From positions 131,740-195,739 of the forward strand of contig OY970181.1 of assembly GCA_963708045.1 (NCBI GenBank): a stretch of DNA of 64,000 nucleotides. The letters run 5' to 3'. Below the pieces are notes generated by a model. That model worked only from the letters and a program-made list of their open reading frames with translations. It made no database searches and had not been told where the DNA came from. The position numbers and the translations under genes are program-made. Position 1 is the first letter of the stretch. Every line of letters starts with the position of its first letter. Source of the DNA: an uncultured bacterium (GTDB taxonomy: Bacteria > Patescibacteriota > Patescibacteriia > CAIQCM01). This document shows, one piece after another, positions 1 through 6,946 of the stretch.

Positions 1-1
1 A

Positions 2-193
2 GCGTTAGCACTCTTCGCCGCCCAAAAACCCATTCTAAAACTGATATCCGAGCAAGTAAAATTATCAGAAAACTCAGACGAAGCAATGCAAGGAGCCAAA
101 ACGACATTTAAAGAATTCTTGGATATGCCCGCCGAGGACACCGTGAAAATGTGTATTCTAAAAATTGAAGCAATGGATCTGGCAACTGAATAA
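2..193 (+). CDS. 3' end of a hypothetical protein (partial, runs off window start)
   Basis: Frame open from window edge to TAA at 191-193 (...KMCILKIEAMDLATE*). Absent from ORF track because truncated. No recognisable domain. Confidence 0.3.
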   Translation, partial: ALALFAAQKPILKLISEQVKLSENSDEAMQGAKTTFKEFLDMPAEDTVKMCILKIEAMDLATE

Positions 194-250
194 ATCAAAA
201 ACTGAGGCCGACAATCTTCTCCATCAAATTATCAGAGCAACAATAAAATC

Positions 251-358
251 TGTCATTGCGAGGAGGAAGCGATAGCGAACGACGCGGCAATCTCATTGCA
301 GTATCACCTTGATTGCTGACTTAGATGGAGATTGCCGCGCTACCGCTCGCAATGACGC
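251..358. repeat. Family-A palindromic intergenic repeat, diverged copy (GTCATTGCGAGG...CGCTCGCAATGAC)
   Basis: Imperfect about 100-nt palindrome with the same terminal words as the other family-A copies. Nested inverted repeat cgcggcaatctc/gagattgccgcg. Confidence 0.5.
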
Positions 359-384
359 GAGTTGATGAGGCTATTTGCCACGTG

Positions 385-1533
385 CTACGCGCCACGTGCC
401 GACTTCACTGCCTCGGCAACGACGCGGGCGACTTTTTTGTCTAAAGGGTCGGGAATGATGCGGTCGGCGGTTGGCGTGCCGACGTAGCCCGCGAGCGCCA
501 TCGCGGCGGCGAGTTTCATTTCCACGGTAATTTTTTTAATTCCTGCGTCCATTACACCGCGAAACAGTCCTGGAAAAACCAAAAGATTATTAACCTGGTT
601 GGCAAAGTCGGAGCGGCCGGTTGCGACGACGGCGGCGCCGGCGGCTTTGGCGGCGTCGGGCATTATTTCGGGCGTTGGGTTGGCCATCGCAAAAATAATC
701 GGTTTCGCGTTCATTGATTTTATGTGTTCGGCCGTAACCAGTCCGGCTTTAGAAACGCCAATAAAAATATCAGCACTCTTCATTGCCTCGGAAAAATTAC
801 CGCTTTCATTTTTTAGATTTGACCAAGCAAGCATCGCCCGTTTAGCCGGATTTAAATCCGCGCGGTCGTTGGAAATAATTCCCTGTGAGTCGCAAAGAAT
901 TAAATTTTCTGCGCCATAAGCGCGCAAAAGTTTTGCCGAGGCCGTGCCCGCCGCGCCAGCGCCGGAAAAAACAATCCGGCTCTTTTTTAAATCACGACCG
1001 GTGACGGCGCAAGCGTTAATGAGGCCGGCCAAAATTACAATCGCCGTGCCGTGTTGGTCATCGTGAAAAACCGGAATGTCCAATTCCTTAATCAGCCGCT
1101 CTTCTACTTCAAAACAGCGCGGCGCGGAAATATCTTCCAAATTTATTCCGCCAAAAACCGGCGCGATTCTTTTTACCGTTTCCACAATCTCATCAACGTT
1201 TTGTGTATCAAGCGCAATCGGAAAAGCATCTAGCCCGCCAAATTCTTTAAAGAGTAAACACTTTCCTTCCATTACTGGAATAGAGGCAAGCGGCCCGATA
1301 TTGCCAAGGCCAAGCACGGCGCTCCCATCGGTCACAACCGCGATCGTCCGGCCTTTAATCGTAAGGTCGTAGGCAAGCGCCGGATTTTCCGCAATTTCCA
1401 AACATGGTTTGGCAACGCCGGGCGTGTAAACGGTGGAAAGCATTTCCCGATCGGTCGCCGAAACAACCGGCTTTACCTCCAGTTTGCCTTTATATTTTTT
1501 ATGAAGCTCCATTGATTTTTGTCCGTAGTCCAT
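385..1533 (-). CDS. NAD(P)-dependent malic enzyme (short form, malic + NAD-binding domains)
   Basis: 382 aa. N-terminal YTPGVA...DGSAVLGLGNIG motif and GAGAAG Rossmann motif typical of MaeB/SfcA-type malic enzymes. Confidence 0.85.
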   Translation of the reverse strand: MDYGQKSMELHKKYKGKLEVKPVVSATDREMLSTVYTPGVAKPCLEIAENPALAYDLTIKGRTIAVVTDGSAVLGLGNIGPLASIPVMEGKCLLFKEFGGLDAFPIALDTQNVDEIVETVKRIAPVFGGINLEDISAPRCFEVEERLIKELDIPVFHDDQHGTAIVILAGLINACAVTGRDLKKSRIVFSGAGAAGTASAKLLRAYGAENLILCDSQGIISNDRADLNPAKRAMLAWSNLKNESGNFSEAMKSADIFIGVSKAGLVTAEHIKSMNAKPIIFAMANPTPEIMPDAAKAAGAAVVATGRSDFANQVNNLLVFPGLFRGVMDAGIKKITVEMKLAAAMALAGYVGTPTADRIIPDPLDKKVARVVAEAVKSARGA

Positions 1534-1536
1534 ATG

Positions 1537-1570
1537 TCAACTTTTAACTATTAACTGTTAACTTTTAGGT
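1537..1570. repeat. Family-B repeat unit (AACTTTTAACTATTAACTGTTAACTTTTA)
   Basis: Matches the AACTTTTAACTGTTAACTTTTAAC word seen at six other loci. Lies just upstream of the malic enzyme start. Confidence 0.5.
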
Positions 1571-1657
1571 ACCTTAAATATTATCTCTAATCTTCATAAA
1601 ACACCACTTGACGCGGGGAATTTTATTAAGTAAGACAATTAGGAAAGGAGGCGCTAG

Positions 1658-2101
1658 ATGACGCCGTACATTCGCACACAAATTCCACCAAGCCTCATGG
1701 AGCTCTTCCAAAACATCAAACGAATCCTTGCGGCGCTTCCCGACTTAAACCTCGGAACCAAAAGCGACGGTGAACAGATTTTTCTGGACTGCCATATGGT
1801 CGCGAGGGCAATCGGACGGACATTCTGTCTCAAGGTTGTAGACGGACGATACGCCAACACGTCGCACTCGTGGATTGAGTTCTTCACATCAAATCCTCCT
1901 GCGGCCTGGGTCATTGATACATATCCGATCCTGACTTTTCCTGGCCCACTCCTGCTCATGGCTGAAAGTCCGATTATGCCAGGACAGAAGCTTTATCGGA
2001 GAACAAGAAACTTCGGACGACAGTTGTCATTCTCCTCGCCCGAATTCCGGCGGTCGGTGAATTTAATTGTTGCCGAAATCCGCAGGATCATCCGGTCGTG
2101 A
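1658..2101 (+). CDS. hypothetical protein
   Basis: 147-aa ORF preceded by strong SD (GGAAAGGAGG) 7 nt upstream. Followed by a hairpin terminator. Confidence 0.5.
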   Translation: MTPYIRTQIPPSLMELFQNIKRILAALPDLNLGTKSDGEQIFLDCHMVARAIGRTFCLKVVDGRYANTSHSWIEFFTSNPPAAWVIDTYPILTFPGPLLLMAESPIMPGQKLYRRTRNFGRQLSFSSPEFRRSVNLIVAEIRRIIRS

Positions 2102-2126
2102 CCAACCCTTCCGCGCAAATAACGAC

Positions 2127-2163
2127 GAAGCGGCTTGACGCAATCAAGCCGCTTTCTGTTTAT
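2127..2163 (+). terminator. Rho-independent terminator
   Basis: Perfect 12-bp stem GAAGCGGCTTGA / TCAAGCCGCTTT with CGCAA loop, then T-rich tract. Confidence 0.6.
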
Positions 2164-2282
2164 AAAATTGCAATTAGTTCGGCGGTATCTTGACCAATAG
2201 TATTTTTTGGAGTATAAAAGAATGTTTTGCACCTTAACTTATTGTAGTCAATGAATTGAAACAGCATACCGGGAGGTACGCA

Positions 2283-2999
2283 ATGAAAATTTCGGTCGTA
2301 ATTCCCGCACACAACGAACGTCACTTTATTGTTCGCGCAGTTGAATCGCTCGTAGCACAGACTTTGCCGAGAAACGAATTTGAGATCATCGTCGTAGACA
2401 ATTGTTCAACCGACGATACAGCCAACTTGGCACGCGATGCCGGCGCCGACCTTGTTGTCGCTGAGCCGATCAAAGGAACTAATTCTGCGCGAGCGCGCGG
2501 TCTGAGCGTTGCGCAAGCGCCGATTGTCGCGTTTCTGGACGCCGACTGTTCTGCGCCACCGGACTGGCTAGAGCGAATTTTGCTGGCGTTTAAAACGCAG
2601 CCGCACATCGTTGCGCTCGGCGGCACTTATGATCTGGATTTTGACTCGCAAGCAATGCGCTGCTTTTTCGTTTTTTTCCAACGCTGGCTAATTCCCCTGT
2701 TTATTCACGGCCTAACAGTGTTGTTCAGAAAATCGGCCGCGTTTTTGAAAGGCGGAAACTGGGCAGCGCGGCGAGAAATCCTAAGCTGTGCTGGCATTGA
2801 TACCAGTATTGCCTTTTGGGGAGATGACACCGATACCGCTTGTCGTTTGGCTAAATACGGAACCGTCCGCTGGGACGCGTCGCTTGCCGTTCGCTCATCC
2901 GCGCGTAGATTTAGAAAAGAAGGCACCTTTAGAACCCAACTAAACTACGCCAAAAACTGGTTTTCCGTGTATTTTCTTGGAAGACCCGCAAGGTACTAA
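2283..2999 (+). CDS. family 2 glycosyltransferase
   Basis: MKISVVIPAHNE...DNCSTDDT...D(x)D motif typical of GT2. Start moved to second ATG (2283), the usual GT2 N-terminus. Confidence 0.75.
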   Translation: MKISVVIPAHNERHFIVRAVESLVAQTLPRNEFEIIVVDNCSTDDTANLARDAGADLVVAEPIKGTNSARARGLSVAQAPIVAFLDADCSAPPDWLERILLAFKTQPHIVALGGTYDLDFDSQAMRCFFVFFQRWLIPLFIHGLTVLFRKSAAFLKGGNWAARREILSCAGIDTSIAFWGDDTDTACRLAKYGTVRWDASLAVRSSARRFRKEGTFRTQLNYAKNWFSVYFLGRPARY

Positions 3000-3010
3000 A
3001 ACCTGCCACC

Positions 3011-3056
3011 CTGGACCTATCTCACAGCGCTTGAGACAGGTCCAGTATTATTTTTT
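3011..3056 (+). terminator. Rho-independent terminator
   Basis: CTGGACCT...AGGTCCAG 8-bp stem followed by TATTATTTTTT. Confidence 0.5.
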
Positions 3057-3066
3057 GCCCAGCCAC

Positions 3067-3095
3067 TTGACGCTATAAATGAAATTCTGTATTAT
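3067..3095 (+). promoter_or_regulatory. sigma70-like promoter for rpsP (TTGACG - 17 nt - TATTAT)
   Basis: -35 TTGACG at 3067-3072, 17-nt spacer, -10 TATTAT at 3090-3095. Lies 18 nt upstream of the rpsP ATG. Confidence 0.5.
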
Positions 3096-3112
3096 TATCC
3101 TCATAAAACACT

Positions 3113-3403
3113 ATGCTTAGCATTAGATTAACCCGCGTCGGAAAAACCAAAGAGCCTTCATACCGGCTTATTGTTTTAGATAAACGAAAAGACCCATGGG
3201 GCGACTACCTGGAAAACCTCGGCACCGTGAATCGCCGTGGCAAAGAAAAATCATACAAATTGAACGCCGACCGCATTAAATACTGGATTTCCAAAGGCGC
3301 TCAGCCCACTAACCCAGTTTGGAATATGTTGGTTGACCAAAAAATCGTTGTTGGTTCCAAACGCAAGGCGCACACGGGACATAAGGTTGAAGCGGCGAAA
3401 TAA
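3113..3403 (+). CDS. rpsP: 30S ribosomal protein S16
   Basis: MLSIRLTRVGKTKEPSYRLIVLDKRK...: canonical S16 N-terminus. 96 aa. Confidence 0.9.
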   Translation: MLSIRLTRVGKTKEPSYRLIVLDKRKDPWGDYLENLGTVNRRGKEKSYKLNADRIKYWISKGAQPTNPVWNMLVDQKIVVGSKRKAHTGHKVEAAK

Positions 3404-3432
3404 CTTTTAACTGTTAACTTTTAACTTTTTTA
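3404..3432. repeat. Family-B repeat unit
   Basis: AACTTTTAACTGTTAACTTTTAACTTTTTT immediately 3' of rpsP. Confidence 0.5.
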
Positions 3433-3460
3433 AAAACCTCCGTTCTGCGGAGGTTTTTGT
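3433..3460 (+). terminator. Rho-independent terminator after rpsP
   Basis: AAACCTCCG ttctg CGGAGGTTT followed by TTTG. Confidence 0.6.
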
Positions 3461-3466
3461 GTAATT

Positions 3467-3582
3467 CGTTCCCGAGCATACGAAGGGTTGCAAAGTCACT
3501 AAACAAGCTATGAGATTCCTCGCCGAGCTGAGCTCGGCCGAGCCCTAAACAAAACGACCGCACGGGCTCGGAATGACGGCGG
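3467..3582. repeat. Family-A palindromic repeat (reverse orientation)
   Basis: Contains ...cctcgccgagctgagctcggccgagcc...gggctcggaatgacggcg. Reverse complement matches the copy at 55316-55440. Confidence 0.6.
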
Positions 3583-3874
3583 GGCGCGCCGGGCTCTTGC
3601 TTTAAAAAAGATGGTTTGCTATATTTGCATCCTCGGCCAAAATCTCTCTCTGAGAGAGAAGGAAGCAACCTGCCGAGATAAAAGGAGGGAGCAAAAGAGA
3701 TAATCTAATTTTAACAACGGATTGTTTGGCGGCGGTCACATTACCCCTCAAAACACTTGAGAAGGAAACGAGCGTAAGGCACGAGGGAAAAAAACCGTAA
3801 GCGCCAGCGCGTGGCTGTCAGTTGTACCAACAACTTTCAGCCGCGCGTATCTATAAAACCGAGTCTGTTCTTTT

Positions 3875-3947
3875 TCGGGGGTAGTTCAATTGGTAGAGCA
3901 CCACTTTTGATAAGTGGCCGTTGTGGGTTCAAGTCCCACCTCCCGAA
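3875..3947 (+). tRNA. tRNA, identity ambiguous (class-I fold; anticodon loop UUUGAUA gives UGA by canonical fold, but the U1-A72 pair is Gln-like)
   Basis: 73-nt cloverleaf: acceptor TCGGGGG/CTCCCGA, D-arm GTTC-AATTGGTA-GAGC, anticodon stem CCACT/AGTGG, T-arm GTGGG-TTCAAGT-CCCAC. Confidence 0.6.
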
Positions 3948-4090
3948 CAATTCTATGTTAGATTTTCCGCCTGTGGCTGAATGACATGGCGCTGGCCAAA
4001 ATTTCAACAATCTTGCTAGGCTTGTTGAGACTAACGCCAGAAAATGCAGGTTCAACTCCTGTCGGGCGGACTAGTTAGTACCTTCTTATA

Positions 4091-4208
4091 GAAGCCGTAG
4101 CTCAATGGTGGAGCAACACGTTTCTGGAGGCGTATGCTTCCAAGGTCAGTAACCAAAAGTTATTGATCTGATTCGTGAAGGTTGTAGGTTCAACTCCTAT
4201 CGGCTTCG
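4091..4208 (+). tRNA. tRNA with about 45-nt insertion in anticodon loop (candidate anticodon UCU, Arg)
   Basis: Perfect 7-bp acceptor GAAGCCG/CGGCTTC, D-arm GCTC-AATGGTG-GAGC, T-arm GTAGG-TTCAACT-CCTAT. Anticodon stem ACACG...CGTGA encloses a 52-nt loop that begins TTTCTGG and holds two internal hairpins. Confidence 0.6.
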
Positions 4209-4234
4209 CAAAACATGACGATTGTTTATTCGTC

Positions 4235-4307
4235 GTCCCCATAGCTCAGATGGAAGAGCATGACCTTGGTAAGGTCAGGGTCACAGGTTCGATTCCTGTT
4301 GGGGACT
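4235..4307 (+). tRNA. tRNA-Thr (GGU)
   Basis: Acceptor GTCCCCA/TGGGGAC, anticodon arm TGACC-TTGGTAA-GGTCA, T-loop TTCGATT. Confidence 0.8.
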
Positions 4308-4328
4308 CAGAACGGTTGGTTCTTTTTA

Positions 4329-4461
4329 GAGGCAGTAGCTCAATTTGGTAGAGCGCCGGAATGTCACATTAAACCAAACTTTTGTAACGTTGGTCACGAG
4401 ATAGTGGGTTCAAGGTTTGTTTTAATGCCGGAGGTTACAGGTCCGACTCCTGTCTGCTTCA
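4329..4461 (+). tRNA. tRNA with about 59-nt insertion in anticodon loop (candidate anticodon GUC, Asp)
   Basis: Acceptor GAGGCAG/CTGCTTC (one G-U pair), D-arm GCTC-AATTTGGTA-GAGC, T-arm ACAGG-TCCGACT-CCTGT. Anticodon stem CCGG(A)...(G)CCGG encloses a 66-nt loop that begins ATGTCAC, close to the E. coli tRNA-Asp loop CTGTCAC. Confidence 0.55.
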
Positions 4462-4643
4462 CAATTTCTCCGCTGTTTGGGAACGCCCAAACTTTTCGCA
4501 ACCCAGGTCTGCTACACGCAACCTGGGTTTTGTGATTTAACGCCCATTGATATATTTCTAAAAATTTGCTATACTAATAGTAACCAGTGCTGGCAGTAGT
4601 CGAACCGGAACTGGTCAAGTACTTGTCATTAACTATAGCTGCT

Positions 4644-4970
4644 ATGGAAATGGAAATGGACCAGCAGTTCGTAGAGTATGTGGTCAAGGGGATCGTTAAT
4701 AACCCTAATGACGTCAGGACAGAAAGAACGGTAGACGAGCGCGGAGTGCTCATCACCCTCTTCATCAATCCGGCGGATATGGGTTATGTGATCGGTCGCC
4801 AAGGCCAGACCGCGCGTTCAATTAGGACACTTCTCCGCATCGTCGGAGCAAAGACCAACGCTCGCGTCAATCTCAAAATCTACGAACCCGAGGAATCCCG
4901 CCGCGCTCATATGTCGGCCGCTGCCGAAGCACCGAGCGAGGACGAGAATCCAATGGATTTAAAAATCTAG
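4644..4970 (+). CDS. khpA: KH-domain RNA-binding protein (KhpA/YlqC-like)
   Basis: ...FVEYVVKGIVNNPNDV...MGYVIGRQGQTARSIRTLL...KI matches the KhpA KH fold. ORF track starts at 4587; start moved to the internal Met cluster. Exact start uncertain. Confidence 0.65.
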   Translation: MEMEMDQQFVEYVVKGIVNNPNDVRTERTVDERGVLITLFINPADMGYVIGRQGQTARSIRTLLRIVGAKTNARVNLKIYEPEESRRAHMSAAAEAPSEDENPMDLKI

Positions 4971-4971
4971 T

Positions 4972-5012
4972 ATAAAAAATCCTCTCCGCCTCTGGCGGAG
5001 AGGATTTTTTTA
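4972..5012. terminator. bidirectional Rho-independent terminator
   Basis: Perfect 11-bp palindrome TCCTCTCCGCC-tctg-GGCGGAGAGGA flanked by an A-run (left) and a T-run (right). Lies between the convergent khpA and pilin genes. Confidence 0.7.
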
Positions 5013-5013
5013 A

Positions 5014-5880
5014 TTAAAATTTATTCGTGGCTAAAACGGTTGGATGTTTTTTAATGCCCTCTACATAAAGTCTATGTATCTGCGCCGCGGACAAAGCATC
5101 ATTAAATATCCGCGGCTCATCTATAAATCCGCCAAAAGAAAAACCAGCATTCCCTCCCCATGCACCGCCATAAGGATAAAGCGTACCAATAGCCAAAGGT
5201 ATACTGTTATCTGTTGTTGCCCACGAAGAGATGTTGTGTGTGGCTGTAAGTTTGAGCGAGCCGTCTATGTATATAGAGACAGTTTTTGCAGAATCAACGG
5301 TTGCGGCAACAAATGTCCACTTACCGCTTGGCACAGTGGCGTTTGTAGCGGGTGTATTATAACCCGACACCCCTCCCAGCCCAACATATATTTTTCTGTC
5401 CGCGCCATAACTTAAAGTATAATTATACCCACCATTTCCGTTCCACGGTTTGCTTATTAAAACAGCACCGTTATTTTCTGCGACATCGGGCTTAATCCAA
5501 ATACCTAATGACATATTCCCGCCGCGATATTTAAAACCCGAATAATCATAAGCCTGCACATAATCATTTGATCCATCAAGATAAATTGAATAACCGCTAC
5601 CGCTTGGCGTATCGGTTGACCAAGTTGGACCGTTTAAGAGACTGCCAGTGTGTCCGCTACCCGAAGCATCACTCGCCACTCCTCCCGAGCCTTCGTTAAA
5701 TAACCATATGCCAGCAGGCTCGCCAGCCGTGCGATCAAGATGCGATGCAAACGCCATTCCCGCTGCAATTTTCGCCTTATCCCGAGCGGTTACTAAGGAC
5801 ACCACGGCGATTGATGAAAGAAGACCGACGATGGCAATAACGACGAGAAGTTCAATTAAGGTAAAAGCAGAGCGACGCAT
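5014..5880 (-). CDS. type IV pilin-like protein with C-terminal LamG/concanavalin-A-like domain
   Basis: N-terminal MRRSAFTLIELLVVIAIVGLL prepilin methylation motif with Glu5 and a hydrophobic helix. C-terminal ...IDEPRIFNDALSAAQI... laminin-G-like jellyroll signature. Confidence 0.75.
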   Translation of the reverse strand: MRRSAFTLIELLVVIAIVGLLSSIAVVSLVTARDKAKIAAGMAFASHLDRTAGEPAGIWLFNEGSGGVASDASGSGHTGSLLNGPTWSTDTPSGSGYSIYLDGSNDYVQAYDYSGFKYRGGNMSLGIWIKPDVAENNGAVLISKPWNGNGGYNYTLSYGADRKIYVGLGGVSGYNTPATNATVPSGKWTFVAATVDSAKTVSIYIDGSLKLTATHNISSWATTDNSIPLAIGTLYPYGGAWGGNAGFSFGGFIDEPRIFNDALSAAQIHRLYVEGIKKHPTVLATNKF

Positions 5881-5921
5881 GAATGAATATCTAATTTCTA
5901 ATACTTAATATCTAATCCGAT

Positions 5922-6767
5922 CTATGGAAAAGAGATCTGTCTATTTGTTGACGATGAAATGAGAATTTTGGGGTGCGACAAAACGCTGGCGGCATAATCT
6001 TTTTGTATCGCTTGCGCGGTTAGTGCTTTGGCATAGATCCGGACATTATCAAAATTACCCCAAAAATAATTTGTTGCCACATAACGACCGATCTCCGGCG
6101 CCCCCGTCCCCAAGAACGGACTTGACGGAGAATCGTTCGCGACGAGCGCGCCATCACGGTAAATGCTGCGCTTGTTAGTTGATCGGTTGTAAGTACAAGC
6201 CCAATGATGCCAATTCGTGTCCGTATAGGCAACCGTGTCCAGATCGTTTGAGTAAAAGGCGCAGGTAAAAGCATTCGTCTGCCTGAAACCGACGACCATC
6301 ATAGTGCTGGCACCTACACTTCCCAGCGAAAAGGCGATATCCAATCTATTTATTGCGTTGCGTTTCGCCCAAAAGGAAACCGTGAACGAGTTTGAGGCAA
6401 ACTCGGTGATCGTTCGCGCGGTGGAGGCATATTGGCTTGCGCCGTTCAGGCTAAGTGAACACCCTTTCCCCGATGGCGAATCAGACGACCATTGCGGAGA
6501 ACCGACGGGGGTTCCAATATTTCCACCCCCCGAAGAATCAGCGACGGTTGTGGCGGGAATGCCGACGCCTGTGCAATCGTCAAAATCCCACTGGCCTAAA
6601 ATTTCATCTCCAGCTCCATCAAGAACACTTCTTTCAAAAGATTGCCCGGCCGCAATTTTTGCTTTATCCCGCGCACTGCCAAGCGACACCACCGCGATTG
6701 ACGAAAGAAGGCCGACGATGGCAATGACGACGAGAAGTTCAATTAAGGTGAAGGCGCGACGGGTCAT
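5922..6767 (-). CDS. type IV pilin-like protein with LamG-like domain
   Basis: MTRRAFTLIELLVVIAIVGLLSSIAVVSLGSARDKAKIAAG...FDNVRIYAKALTAQAI. Paralog of 5014-5880. Confidence 0.75.
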   Translation of the reverse strand: MTRRAFTLIELLVVIAIVGLLSSIAVVSLGSARDKAKIAAGQSFERSVLDGAGDEILGQWDFDDCTGVGIPATTVADSSGGGNIGTPVGSPQWSSDSPSGKGCSLSLNGASQYASTARTITEFASNSFTVSFWAKRNAINRLDIAFSLGSVGASTMMVVGFRQTNAFTCAFYSNDLDTVAYTDTNWHHWACTYNRSTNKRSIYRDGALVANDSPSSPFLGTGAPEIGRYVATNYFWGNFDNVRIYAKALTAQAIQKDYAASVLSHPKILISSSTNRQISFP

Positions 6768-6790
6768 TTGTTTAAATATCTAATGTCTAA

Positions 6791-6892
6791 TCCGCCGTCA
6801 TTCCGAGCCTGTCTAGTAGATTTGTCCAAGGCGAGGAATCTCGTAGCCAATTTAAAGACTTTGAGATCCCTCGCTCGCGCTCGGGATGACGC
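6791..6892. repeat. Family-A palindromic repeat
   Basis: GCCGTCATTCCGAGC...GCTCGGGATGACGCC, preceded by the ATCTAATGTCTAATCCG word. Sits in the 5' region of pilin gene 5922-6767. Confidence 0.6.
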
Positions 6893-6946
6893 CTAACAAT
6901 AGACGCTGGCGGGATGCGACGAATATGCTAATATTATATCACGATT

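Noticed and set aside
3414-3668. ORFs 3414-3668, 49625-49843 and 55246-55452, whose peptides share RRHSEPVRSFC...GRAQLGEES.
   Set aside because: The shared peptide results from translating the family-A palindromic DNA repeat in one frame. There is no start or RBS context, and the copies occur in both orientations.
4091-4208. Interpreting 4091-4208 as two adjacent or overlapping tRNA genes rather than one tRNA with an insertion.
   Set aside because: Only one acceptor-stem pair (GAAGCCG/CGGCTTC), one D-arm and one T-arm are present. The inserted segment has no tRNA arms of its own.
3837-4535. ORFs 3837-4055 (-), 4260-4535 (+) and 4574-4768 (-).
   Set aside because: They overlap the four-tRNA cluster or are antisense to khpA. 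There is no coding signal.
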